The notes: generated from the letters alone by a model not told the origin. Shown: positions 26,556 through 37,975, counted from the first letter of the whole stretch. The stretch is DNA of 63,454 bases, filler included, from Octopus bimaculoides (GCF_001194135.2; 4 parts of 4 records of this genome joined end to end with filler, not necessarily neighbours in it), one strand, 5' to 3'. Made by a program: numbers and translations.

Positions 26556-27078
26556 GTGATGGTGATATGTTATGTATATGTTTATATATTATAGATACAT
26601 ATGTATGTTTGTAGGTGTGTTAACTGTTTTACAGTGATTGCTTTATGCTTGCTTAAGTATAACAGTTTATTAGTTGAAGTATGTTCAAACTAAGATTAAC
26701 CTTGACCCAGTATGCCTGTGATCAAATTGCTGCAACTAGCAGTGATAATGGACAAATATCTCCCACCAGCAATATAAACACAAGTGCTTCTATGCACCAC
26801 AAGTCCATATGAGAAGTTCTCTCATGGTAAATAGCACAGTATTCTGTATTCTAATATAACATCCATCTTTTTTTAAGTGGGATAAATATTAACATTTGGT
26901 ATTAATACTGCTTCTGTTGCTATTAATTATTTTTTAATAGGACCATAATGTATTTTTTGTTTTCTAGCCAGTGTATCTGGGAATACATATATCTACTGTG
27001 TCCTTTTTTTTTTTTAGGCAAAAGGACATGATTTCAAAAAGATTTGGCTGCTTTATCTAGCAGGTAGTATAAGAATGT

Positions 27079-27464
27079 TGTTGTTGTTGTTGTTGTTGGC
27101 ACTCCGTCGCTTACGACGTTGAGAGTTCCAGTTGATCCGATCAACGGAACAGCCTGCTCGTGAAATTAACGTGCAAGTGGCTGAGCACTCCACAGACACG
27201 TATACCCTTAACGTAGTTCTTGGGGATATTCAGTGTGACAAGGCTGACCCTTTGAATTACAGGCACAACAGAAACAAGAAGTAAGAGTGAGAGAAAGTTG
27301 TGGTGAAAGAATACAGCAGGGTTCGCCACCATCCCCTGCCGGAGCTTTGTGGAGCTTTAGGTATTTTCGCTCAATAAACACTCACAATGCCCGGTCTGGG
27401 AATCGAAACCGCGATCCTATGACCGCGAGTCCGCTGCCCTAACCACTGGGCCATTGCGCCTCCA
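27079..27464 (-). mobile_element. Full-length young tRNA-derived SINE with (AAC)n tail and target-site duplication
   Basis: Minus strand: A box TGGCCCAGTGG, B box GTTTCGATTCC, tail ...gtaagcgacggagtgcc(aac)n. Flanks TAGTATAAGAATGT (27065-27078) and TAGTGTAAGAATGT (27465-27478) form a 14-bp TSD with one mismatch. Confidence 0.92.
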
Positions 27465-27683
27465 TAGTGTAAGAATGTACAGACACACAAAAAGTTTGAA
27501 ATTATTGTTACAGGTGGAAACTTTTGCTATTGCTGCTAACCCCACAGCTATGAGCAAGGAGTGAAATTTGTTTTCTGTTCAGTTGAGAAAATTGTTACAA
27601 GTAGTTCAGCACCATTGTGCCTATGACTGATTGGCTATCTGTCTGTCATATATATATATATATATACAAATATATATATATAT

Positions 27684-27783
27684 NNNNNNNNNNNNNNNNN
27701 NNNNNNNNNNNNNNNNNNNNNNNNNNNTTAATTAATTAANNNNNNNNNNNNNNNNNNNNNNNNNNNNNNNNNNNNNNNNNNNN
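27684..27783. other. Assembly join spacer N44-TTAATTAATTAA-N44 (also at ~51478-51577 and ~58135-58234)
   Basis: The identical 12-mer, which has stops in all six frames, is embedded in N runs at 27728-27739, 51522-51533 and 58179-58190. It is artificial. Confidence 0.9.
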
Positions 27784-27797
27784 AGGGTGAGGTATGC

Positions 27798-27870
<73 letters not shown>

Positions 27871-28394
27871 TAGATATATATGGTTGTGTTTATGTAAAAT
27901 AGGATAGAAGCAGACAAATAGAACAGTTTATTATATATTAAACATACACACCTATATATATATCATCATCAACATCATTTCATGCCAGTTTTTCATGCTG
28001 GCATGGGTTTGAGGGGTCATCATGGTTTGTGTCACCTCCCAAATGCTCCCACTGCTCCCAAATGCAGGTACTCATTCATGTCTACGACTAAATCACTTTC
28101 CTGTGCCTCTACTCTTTAGCAGTCTCTCCAGCATTTCTAGGGCCCTATATAACCATGTCTATCATTATGGACTTTCCTTCGTTGTTTGTTTTTGTTTTTT
28201 GCTGTCTCTTGTTCATGTTAATACATTTTTATGCAGTTTTCCGTAAACTCTCCCGTATACCATATCCTATCATTTGAGTCATTGTCCAATGAGGGCAAGC
28301 TGTCCAGGGTCCAATGACTCACATTGGTCTCTCACTAGTTGAGAGTCTCACCGGATCACACCCGTTACTACATACAGGAGCATAATAGTATGCA

Positions 28395-28670
28395 GGAGGC
28401 CGGTGCCATGTAAAAGTGCCCGCGTCGGTGCCACATAGAAAGCAATGAGTACATTCTGTAAAGTGGTTGGCATTAGGAAGGGCATTCAGCTGTAGAAATA
28501 AAATCAGACTGGAACCTGGTGCAGCTCTCTCCTGTTTACCAGCTCTGGTCAAACCATCCAACCCATGGATGACAGATATTAAATGATGACGATGATGATG
28601 ATGAAGATGAAGGTGGTGGTGGTGGTGATGATGATGGTAATGGGGATGATAGTGATGATGATGATGATGG
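28395..28670 (+). mobile_element. SINE family D with expanded (GAT/GGT)n tail
   Basis: ggttggcattaggaagggcattcagctgtagaaa...ggtcaaaccatccaacccatgg...gatattaaatgatgacgatgatg. Confidence 0.85.
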
Positions 28671-28820
28671 CAGTAGTTTGCTAACTGCTCGATTCTGGCC
28701 ATTGACAGTTTATTATATGTTCATCCCCACTCAGCATCCTGTGATATTCACCATCGATTCAATAAGTTCATCTGTCGAAATATTTCACATCCGCCATGCT
28801 GCATCCGTTGATTTCAATGT

Positions 28821-28882
28821 AACCCTGGCTCGGGTGGTTACCAGTTGCTAGGCAACCACCCGAGCCAGAGTATGAGGGTTAA
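28821..28882. promoter_or_regulatory. GC-rich palindrome containing an RFX X-box; possibly a mini piggyBac-type MITE
   Basis: Perfect 15-bp arms CTGGCTCGGGTGGTT (28825-28839) and AACCACCCGAGCCAG (28854-28868). GTTGCTAGGCAAC at 28844-28856. Outer TAACCCT...AGGGTTAA. Confidence 0.6.
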
Positions 28883-29251
28883 ACAATGTCTTTCTTTTTT
28901 TGCGGTGAATGAAGTAATAATCCTTCCTCACTCCACCCCACCCCACAACCTGACGACTGAAGACAGAAATGAAGAAAAAAGACATGGGTACAATCAGTGT
29001 AAGAGACAAACTCACACACACACAGATACATGTGCATGTAGGAATGCATGGCACAGAAAGACTAAAAGGAATAAAGACAAGACAAGACCAGAGAGAAGGG
29101 GAGACATGAAGAAGAACAGATTGTCACTGATGAGGTCACAGAATGTGTGAGGAAAACAACCCTGAAAAATAAATTAATAATAATAATAATAAAACTAAAG
29201 TGACAATTAAATACAGAGTGCATGTGTTTAATTGGCAAAATATGACCATGA

Positions 29252-29414
29252 AGGTGCATGCCTCAATGGTTAGAGCGTCCGGCTCACAATCATGAGGTGG
29301 TGAGTTTGATTCCCAGACTGGGCTGTGTTGTGTTTCTTGAGCAAAACACTTTATTTCACTTTGCTCCAGTTCACTCAGCTGTAGAAATGAGTTGTGATGT
29401 CACTGGTGCCAAAC
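29252..29414 (+). mobile_element. tRNA-headed SINE with CORE-like central segment
   Basis: gcctcaatggttagagcgtcc...gagtttgattcccagactggg (A/B boxes), then tgtgtttcttgagcaaaacactttatttcac. Confidence 0.8.
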
Positions 29415-29417
29415 TTT

Positions 29418-29625
29418 TTATTGCCCACAGGGGGATAAACAAGGACAGACAAAGGGCTTAAGTTGATTACATCGACCCCAGTGCATAACTGGTACTTATT
29501 TAATCGACCCTGGAAGGATGAAAGGCAAAGTCAACCTCGGCGGAATTTGAACTCAGAACGTAACGACAGACGAAATATCGCTAAGCATTTCACCTGGTGT
29601 GCTAACAATTCTGCCAGTTCGCCGC
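29418..29625 (-). mobile_element. SINE family B
   Basis: cgaccccagtgcataactggtacttatttaatcgacc...gatgaaaggcaaagtcaacctcggcggaatttgaactcagaacg...ctgccagttcgcc. Many copies occur in the window. Confidence 0.9.
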
Positions 29626-29838
29626 TGTATTGTCCCCTTTTGCCTTTCCCTTGGATAACATTGGTGGCATGGAGAGTGGAGGCTGGTATGCATGGGTAAC
29701 TGCTGGTCTTCCATAAACAAACTTGCTCAGTTTTGTGCCTCGGAGGGGAACTTCCTACGTGCGCTACCATGGTCATTCATGACTGAAGGGGATCCCTCCT
29801 TCTTCCTGTATGCACTCTATGCATAGAAGATGGCTGTG

Positions 29839-30410
29839 AAGGCACATTGCTTAGTGGTAAAGGTCTTTAGACCACAAATGTACCTGATGACACATTGTGT
29901 CCTTGAGCAAGACAATTCATTTCACATTGCCCCAGTCCACTCACCTAGCAAAAATGAGTTGTACCAGTAATTTAAATGGGGCCAGCCTTGTCACACTCTG
30001 TGTCACACCGAATCTCCTTGAGAACTACATTAAAGGGGACACGTATCTGTAGAGTACTCAGCCACTTGCTCAGTAATTTCATGAGCAGGCCATTCCATTG
30101 CTCATATCAAGTGGAACACTTGTCATAACCAATCATAAGATCGTGTGTTCAATTCCTGGCAATGCATTGTGTTCTTAAGCAAGACACTTTATCTCACATT
30201 GCCCCAGTTCACTCAACTGGGAAAAATTAGTTGTACCAGTAATTCAAAAGGGACCAGCCTTGTCACACTCTGTGTCACGTTGAATCTCCCTGAGAACTAC
30301 TTTAAAGGGCATACCTATGGAGTACTCAGCCACTTGTTTGATCATTTCATGAAGCAGGCTGTTCGGCTGATCAGATCAACTGGAACCTTTATCATTGTAA
30401 TTGACAGAGG
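29839..30410 (+). mobile_element. Two tandem CORE-like SINE copies sharing their tail with the 27079 SINE
   Basis: Both contain tgtgtccttgagcaagac...cagccttgtcacactctgtgtcac.gaatctc..tgagaactac...gagtactcagccacttg...atttcatga.gcaggc. Confidence 0.8.
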
Positions 30411-30634
30411 GCCAATTTTTGCAAGAGGACTGTAATAGTGTAATATAATCTGAAACAACTTGTTGAGTAATTTCAATGTCAACTACCACCATTACCACCC
30501 TTAAGTACCCCACTACCATTAACGACAACTACCCTTCGGCTAAACACCACCACCACCACCACCACAAAATCCATCACAAGGCCCACCTCATACCTCAAAC
30601 ATTGTCCCCCCCCCCTCCTCCCCATACAATTTTT

Positions 30635-30834
30635 CACTTAACAACCATTTAATCTTTTTTTTTTGTCTTTTTCTCTCATTTCAGGTAAGTGATACTGCTG
30701 ATTATTCTGATGGTGACGGTGATGATGATGATGTTGATTGCTGTGTTCTTGTTGTTATTGCAATTCCACCACATCTCTGATATATTTCACAAGAGACCCT
30801 CGAGTCGAGGAATTTTGGTTAAGTTTTGGTAAGT
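30635..30834 (+). other. Candidate recursive splice site (CAG|GTAAGT) with a downstream 144-nt RS-type exon
   Basis: Branch-like CACTTAAC at 30635, about 28 nt of polypyrimidine tract, CAG at 30682-30684 directly followed by GTAAGT at 30685-30690, and a second donor TG|GTAAGT at 30829-30834. Confidence 0.45.
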
Positions 30835-31745
30835 CATTTTGATTGGAATCTCTATAGATCTGTTGCTATCACTCCCAAATAGAAGTGACAGAGAGAGAGA
30901 GAGAGAGAGAGAGGCACTGTGTTCTGTTCTTTGAATAAAAGCAGCAACAACAGAAGGAAGAAGAAGAGGAAGAAGAAGGAGAAGAAGAACGAAATGAAGA
31001 TGGGGTGGAAGTGGGGTAGAAGGGCTAAAAGGAATTATTNNNNNNNNNNNNNNNNNNNNNNNNNNNNNNNNNNNNNNNNNNNNNNNNNNNNNNNNNNNNN
31101 NNNNNNNNNNNNNNNNNNNNNNNNNNNNNNNNNNNNNNNNNNNNNNNNNNNNNNNNNNNNNNNNNNNNNNNNNNNNNNNNNNNNNNNNNNNNNNNNNNNN
31201 NNNNNNNNNNNNNNNNNNNNNNNNNNNNNNNNNNNNNNNNNNNNNNNNNNNNNNNNNNNNNNNNNNNNNNNNNNNNNNNNNNNNNNNNNNNNNNNNNNNN
31301 NNNNNNNNNNNNNNNNNNNNNNNNNNNNNNNNNNNNNNNNNNNNNNNNNNNNNNNNNNNNNNNNNNNNNNNNNNNNNNNNNNNNNNNNNNNNNNNNNNNN
31401 NNNNNNNNNNNNNNNNNNNNNNNNNNNNNNNNNNNNNNNNNNNNNNNNNNNNNNNNNNNNNNNNNNNNNNNNNNNNNNNNNNNNNNNNNNNNNNNNNNNN
31501 NNNNNNNNNNNNNNNNNNNNNNNNNNNNNNNNNNNNNNNNNNNNNNNNNNNNNNNNNNNNNNNNNNNNNNNNNNNNNNNNNNNNNNNNNNNNNNNNNNNN
31601 NNNNNNNNNNNNNNNNNNNNNNNNNNNNNNNNNNNNNNNNNNNNNNNNNNNNNNNNNNNNNNNNNNNNNNNNNNNNNNNNNNNNNNNNNNNNNNNNNNNN
31701 NNNNNNNNNNNNNNNNNNNNNNNNNNNNNNNNNNNNNNNNNNNNA

Positions 31746-31797
<52 letters not shown>

Positions 31798-32259
31798 TAG
31801 ATAGATATATACATAATATCCATTTATCTGTGTCTCTTTTTATCTATCCACCTATTTGTTTGTTTATCAATTTATCTGTCTGTCTATCTATCTATCTATC
31901 TATCTATCTGTCTATATATATATCTATCTGTCTATATATATATATATACACATAATATCCATTTATCTGTCTCTTTTTATCTATGTACCTATTTGTTTGT
32001 TTATTAATTTATATGTCTATTTATCTATCTATCTGTATATACACACACACACACACACAAATTGATCTACCTGTCTGTCTTTCTGCCAATCAGTACACAC
32101 GTGTGTCTCATGTATGGATATATGTATGTCTATGTCTCTCTCTCTCTCTCTCCGCATATATATACATTAACAGCTGATTGCTCAAGTAGATTAATATTAA
32201 TTGATGCTTGTTAACATTTCACAGTGAGTTAATGTCCTCTATCAAGTGATGCTAATGCA

Positions 32260-33130
32260 GGTGTGTGTGTGTGTGTGTGTGTGTGGACATGGGTGGATGT
32301 ATGTGTACATATGATTGGTATAGTATATGTGTATTGGTGGGGGGGATGTACAGATATCTGTGTATATACCTGAAGATGTGTGAATGCATGTGTGTGTTTG
32401 TGAAAGTATGTGTGTTTGTGAGAGTGTGCATGTTTGTGAGTGTGTGTGTATATTTGTGAGAGTGTGTGTGTGTTTGTGAGTATGTGTGTGTGTGAGAGTG
32501 TGTGTATGTTTGTGAGAGTGTGTATGTGTTTGTGAGTGTGTGTGTGTGTGTGTGTGTGTTTGTGAGTGAGTGTGTGTGCAGACATCTGTGGCAGCTTGTG
32601 TACAGAAGTGTGGGATGTGTGCACGTGTGACCTTGTATATATCAATGATTGTTGATGTGTGTGGATGGGGGGGGGTATTGTGTGTGTTTGTTGTGTGAGG
32701 ACATGTGTATATGTATGGGTGTGGGGATGTGTGTGTGTGTGTGTAATGTATGGATATGTGTGAATGTCTACGTATGTGTGTGTGTGGAGAGATTGTGTGT
32801 GTGTGAGATGATACATCTAGGTGTGATCTGGATGTGGATGTGTGTATTATATGGATGTATATAGGGGGGGTGGCTAAGTATGTGTGTGTGTGTGTGTGTG
32901 TTCTTTCTGTATGTCTGTGAATGTGGGTGTGTGTGGGGGAATGTATGTGTATGTGTTGCTTTCTCTGTGTGTGAATGTGCATTGCTTTGTGTATGTGTGT
33001 ATGTGAATGCATGTTGCTTTGTGTAAGTATGTATGTGTGTGTGTAACTGTATGTGTGTGTGAATATGTGTTGGTTTGTAAATATGTGTTCTTTGTGTGTA
33101 AAACAGAGAGGGAGAGAGATAGAGAGTGTG
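32260..33130. repeat. Degenerate (TG)-rich low-complexity satellite
   Basis: Read directly. It is the source of the His/Thr-rich minus-strand ORFs. Confidence 0.9.
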
Positions 33131-33507
33131 TGAGAGAGGAGTGGGAGGAGATGAAAGTAGCTCTCAAGAGTGAGAAAAGCTTGGGGAAAGATAACAGCTG
33201 TGTGAGAGGGTGAGTAACAGATGATGAGACAGTGGAAGGAGGAGGGCTTCACCACTGAAGATAGCAGTAAGAGGGTGGTAAGTAAACAGAGGGGAAGTGA
33301 GAGGTAACTGGTCTGTGAGTGAGACATTTGAGTAAGGTGAGAGACTGAGTGGAAGTGGTTAATATGTGAGTGTAAGTGGAGATAGTTACTGTGTGAGTGT
33401 GACAATTTACAAATTGGAAGAAGTAAGTTTGTTTTGAAGAAGAGAATCAGATTCTTAGAGAATAACCATGGGGCTATAAAATTTGAATATAGAATAATAT
33501 AATATTG

Positions 33508-34080
33508 TTTTCTAGTCTAGACACAAGGACTGAAATTTTGTGGGAGGGGACCAGCCGATTAGATCAACCCCAGTAGGCAACTGGTGCTTCATTTATCGAC
33601 CCCAAAAGGATGAAAGGCAAAGTCGACCTTGGCAGAATTTGAACTCAGAATGAAAAGGCAGATGAAATACCGCAAAGCATTTCGCCCGGCGTGCTGATGT
33701 TTCTTATTTTTTACTGCCCACAAAGGGCTACACATAGAGGGGATAAACAGAGACAGACAAATGGATTAAGTCGATTATATTGACCCCAGTGTGTTACTGG
33801 TACTTATTTAATCGACCTCGGCAGAATTTGAACTCAGAACATAGCGGCAGATGAAATACCACTAAACATTTCGCCCTGCATGCAAACGTTTCTGTCGGTG
33901 TGCTAATGTTTCTGCCAGCTCTCATCTGTCTGTCTTTTCTACTCTAGGCACAAGGCCCAAAATTTTTGGTAAGGGAGATAGTTGATTAGATTGACCCAAG
34001 TATGCAACTGGTACTTAATTTATCGATCCCCCAAAAGGATGAAAGGCAAAGTCGACCTTGGCAGAATTTGAACTCAAAAT
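33508..34080 (-). mobile_element. Head-to-tail cluster of about 4 partial SINE family B copies
   Basis: The block aactggtact..tttatcgacc...gaaaggcaaagtcgacc.tggcagaatttgaactcagaa recurs at ~33580, ~33800 and ~34010. Confidence 0.9.
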
Positions 34081-34264
34081 GTCTGTGGACAAATGGGAAA
34101 TACAGAAAAAAAATTTTGAAAAAGCAGTTAAGACTGACATTTCAAGATGGGCCCTTCATCAAAACATTAAAGAACTACTACTGCTGTTGCTACTACTACT
34201 ACTGCTGCTACTGTTACTACTATTACTCCTACTGATGATGATGATGAATTAGAGACAGTTAATC

Positions 34265-34440
34265 ACGTGATTAAGTGTTGATCAGCTTGAGATGTGTGGA
34301 TATGGGGTTTGCTTTGTAACCAAGTGGCTTCATGTTCAATCCTACCATGTAACACCTTGAACAAGTGTTTTTACTTCAGGCTGGTCAGTGCCTTGAGAGC
34401 TGTGGAGTTAGTTGAGAGAAACTCTATAGAAGTCCATGTG
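34265..34440 (+). mobile_element. Degenerate SINE family A head
   Basis: gtggcttcatgttcaatcctaccatgtaacaccttgaacaagtgtttttac...gagaaactctatagaagtcc. Confidence 0.55.
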
Positions 34441-35864
34441 GTGTGTGTGTGTGTGTGTGTGTGAGTGCGTGCATGTGTGTGTGTGTCTGCATGTCTGAGT
34501 GTGTGTGTCGGCGTCTGTGTGTGTATTGTGTAATTTTGTTGTCTCCTTCATACGTCTGTTTTTGTATGCCAGCACAGGTTTGATGAATCACCTGCATCTC
34601 TCCATTTATTGCAATCTATCGTCATCCCACACATACACTTACACACACAGAATCACACCTGGACATCTACACAAACTCTTCTCTCACTCTCATTCTCTCT
34701 CTCTCTCTCCCACACACAGGAAACCAGCCATCGCTGCTGTTCCATCTGACATGTCCCTTTCACTTTGTTTTTTTTTCTTTAACATTGTTTCCATTGTCAG
34801 CCATAGCATCAGCCCCTACCAACCCTCATTATATTACAGCTGGGTGAGATTTTAGAATGTCATCATTGCTAGAGAGGTTCCCCNNNNNNNNNNNNNNNNN
34901 NNNNNNNNNNNNNNNNNNNNNNNNNNNNNNNNNNNNNNNNNNNNNNNNNNNNNNNNNNNNNNNNNNNNNNNNNNNNNNNNNNNNNNNNNNNNNNNNNNNN
35001 NNNNNNNNNNNNNNNNNNNNNNNNNNNNNNNNNNNNNNNNNNNNNNNNNNNNNNNNNNNNNNNNNNNNNNNNNNNNNNNNNNNNNNNNNNNNNNNNNNNN
35101 NNNNNNNNNNNNNNNNNNNNNNNNNNNNNNNNNNNNNNNNNNNNNNNNNNNNNNNNNNNNNNNNNNNNNNNNNNNNNNNNNNNNNNNNNNNNNNNNNNNN
35201 NNNNNNNNNNNNNNNNNNNNNNNNNNNNNNNNNNNNNNNNNNNNNNNNNNNNNNNNNNNNNNNNNNNNNNNNNNNNNNNNNNNNNNNNNNNNNNNNNNNN
35301 NNNNNNNNNNNNNNNNNNNNNNNNNNNNNNNNNNNNNNNNNNNNNNNNNNNNNNNNNNNNNNNNNNNNNNNNNNNNNNNNNNNNNNNNNNNNNNNNNNNN
35401 NNNNNNNNNNNNNNNNNNNNNNNNNNNNNNNNNNNNNNNNNNNNNNNNNNNNNNNNNNNNNNNNNNNNNNNNNAATACCAATATAGTTTCGTACTTTCAT
35501 GAACTTTGTTCATTCATTATTTTGTAGACATCTATAATGGCTGATCTTATATTTATGAATTCATTCAAAAAGAAAAAAAAAAGCATTTTCATCGAAGAAC
35601 ATAACCTTTTTGATTCTCTGATTCTAAATTTCTCCCTGCCCCCTGCCTTCTCTCTCCTCCTCCTTCTCCTCCCCCTCATACCTATCCTCTCTATCTCTAT
35701 CTCTGTCTCACCTCTTTGTCTATATTCTCTGACAATTACCATCACTCAATAATAAGATGTATTTGTATATTAGATTCCGTACCAAATTATTATGGACAAT
35801 CAAATAAAAATACCAATTCTGTCTGAAACACACACTGGCATCTTTATGTATATTGTCATCATCA

Positions 35865-36340
35865 CCACCACCACCATCATCGTCATCATCATTTTCATGT
35901 CAAGTTGCCCGATGTTTGGCTGGGTAAGATGTGTCTTCTCCAACACAGTCTTTCGCAATTCTTTGTCCTCTCTTTCTTTCAGTTTTCTAAGATCATCTCT
36001 CACCATTTCCTTCCAAACCATCTTCAGTCCTCATCTTCTGAAGATTCCTCCAACATTCACCCCCACCCAATCACATCTCCATATCCCTCGCCATATTTCA
36101 AAGCCGGTTCCGTCTTTTCTCTTCCACACCACATCTGGATCTGCTGTCACCTTGTTTTTCTCTCAGCTCATCCACGTTATAAAGTCACTCTTCAGACTCA
36201 CTTAACATTGCACATCCAGCCCTGCATGCTTGCCTCATCTCCTCCCAACCTCCACACACATCCTCTACTCACAGAACCCCCTCATGTGCCACCAAACGCA
36301 TACAATCCCACTTTGTATACACAAACATCATACAATTTAA
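35865..36340 (-). mobile_element. 3' end of an RTE-type LINE with (GAT)n tail
   Basis: Minus strand: WMCNV, ELREKQGDSRSRCGVEEKR, WKEMVRDDL..., AVLEKT-like LEKTHLTQP, then gacatgaaaatgatgatg. This is the RTE C-terminal LRW.GHV / KTW.E.V..DL region. Confidence 0.75.
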
Positions 36341-36611
36341 AAGAGAAACCTTCTTTACATTGTGAGCTTAAATCCTGTTGAGATCAACTCTACCTTTCTC
36401 TCTTTTTTGGATCCAATACAATCAAATGTACCAGTCAATATAATGAGGTCAATATAATCGACAAACTCCTTCAAATATATCTGTGGTCTTGTGCCTATGT
36501 TACAAATTACTACTATTAAAGCTAATGTATTCGTGATGGACACACACACATGCATACATGCATAAATGTAGACATATACATCATGCATTCATTCATGCAT
36601 ACATACATACA

Positions 36612-36827
36612 GGAGTGACTGTGTGGTAAGAAGCTTGCGTACCAATTTACCAACCACATGGTTCTGGGTTCAGTCCTACTGAGTGGCACCTTGGGCAAGT
36701 GTCTTCTACTATAGCCTTGGGCCAACCAAAGTCTTGTGAGTGAATTTGGTAGACAGAAACTGAAAGAACCCCATCATATATGTGTGTGTGTATGTGTATA
36801 TGTATGTATGTGTGTGAGTAAATATAT

Positions 36828-36860
<33 letters not shown>

Positions 36861-37125
36861 NNNNNNNNNNNNNNNNNNNNNNNNNNNNNNNNNNNNNNNN
36901 NNNNNNNNNNNNNNNNNNNNNNNNNNNNNNNNNNNNNNNNNNNNNNNNNNTTGACAACCGACGCTGGTGTGTTTTTGTCCCCCGTATCTTAGCGGTTTAG
37001 CAAAAGAGTCCAATAGAATAAGTACTAGGCTTACAAAGAATAAGTCCTGGGGTTGATTTGTTAAACTAAAAGGCAGTGCTCCAGCATGGCCACAGTCAAA
37101 TGACTGAAACAAGTAAAAGAATAAG
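36612..37125 (+). mobile_element. Full-length SINE family A (gap inside its microsatellite)
   Basis: ggagtgactgtgtggtaagaagcttg...ggttcagtcctactg...aatgactgaaacaagtaaaagaataagagaataaaagaat. Confidence 0.92.
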
Positions 37126-37150
37126 AGAATAAAAGAATATATATATGTGC

Positions 37151-37306
37151 GATGGGCTTCTTTCAGTTTCTGTCTACCAAATCCACTCACAAGGCTTTGG
37201 TTGGCCTGAGGCTATAGTAGATGATACTTGCCCAAGGTGCCACATAGTGGGACTGAACCTGGAATCATGTGGTTGGGAAGCAATTTTCTTACCATACAGC
37301 CACACC
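37151..37306 (-). mobile_element. SINE family A head, inverted relative to the 36612 copy
   Basis: The reverse complement matches 36612-36776 at roughly 85% by eye. Confidence 0.9.
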
Positions 37307-37419
37307 TGCCACTATGTATATATATAGTGTGTATGCTGTACTTTGAATTTTTAGCACCAGTGTGTCAAACCAGTCTGGTTTACAAAGTACTCGATTCCAA
37401 CACTAAATATGTATAGTTC

Positions 37420-37570
37420 AAATTTACAGAACACAAAAGACGAAGACAGGTGTTGGAACATCAAGAAGGTGTATTAGTTTAACGCTCAGGAAGCATAGAA
37501 AAGTCTTTTACGTTTCGAGCCTATGCTCTTCAATAGATTAAGAGAATAAAAAACAAAGAGAGAAAAAAAT
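37420..37570 (-). mobile_element. Penelope-like element terminus with a degenerate minimal hammerhead-like motif
   Basis: Minus strand 37536-37509: CTATTGA A GAGC ATAG GCTC GAAAC GTA. Confidence 0.45.
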
Positions 37571-37814
37571 ACATACATACATGTATATATGAGGTAGGGA
37601 CATAAAATGGGCTTCTTTACAGTTTCCATTTATCAAAGTCCATTGGATAAGATATTGGTCAAATCAGGTCTGTTGTCAAAGACCCTCATGGTACCCCTGG
37701 TGCCACTCAATAAATGGAACCAAGACCCGTGTGGTGGCAAAAGGCACACACTTTCATCATTTTCAACCTGAATTCATATCTAATCTACACTGACAATACC
37801 ATTTCTTCCTTCAG

Positions 37815-37975
37815 TACCAGGAGTGGTCCCAGGAAATTTTCGAATTGGGGGGGGGGGGGATGCAAGATCAGAAGGGAATATAATTCCAGGAGAAAAGGGC
37901 ATAATGACATTTAGAAGGGTGTACTTTTTCTCTTGAGGGGAGGGCACGTGCCCCTCAGCTCCCCCCCTCCCGAGT
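37815..37975. mobile_element. Possible decayed GC-rich MITE (hAT/Harbinger-like ends)
   Basis: caggagtggtcccaggaaatttt...gggggg at the left and gggcacgtgcccctcagctccccccctcc at the right. The TIRs are poorly preserved. Confidence 0.3.

Noticed and set aside
27728-27739. Recurrent TTAATTAATTAA palindrome as a biological motif
   Set aside because: It is always centred in N runs of fixed length, so it is an assembly spacer.
28319-28702. Poly-His ORF (127 aa)
   Set aside because: It is the antisense reading of a SINE (GAT/GGT)n tail.
32229-33405. 387-aa and 195-aa His/Thr/Ser-rich minus-strand ORFs
   Set aside because: They come from a degenerate (CA)n satellite that lacks stops by composition.
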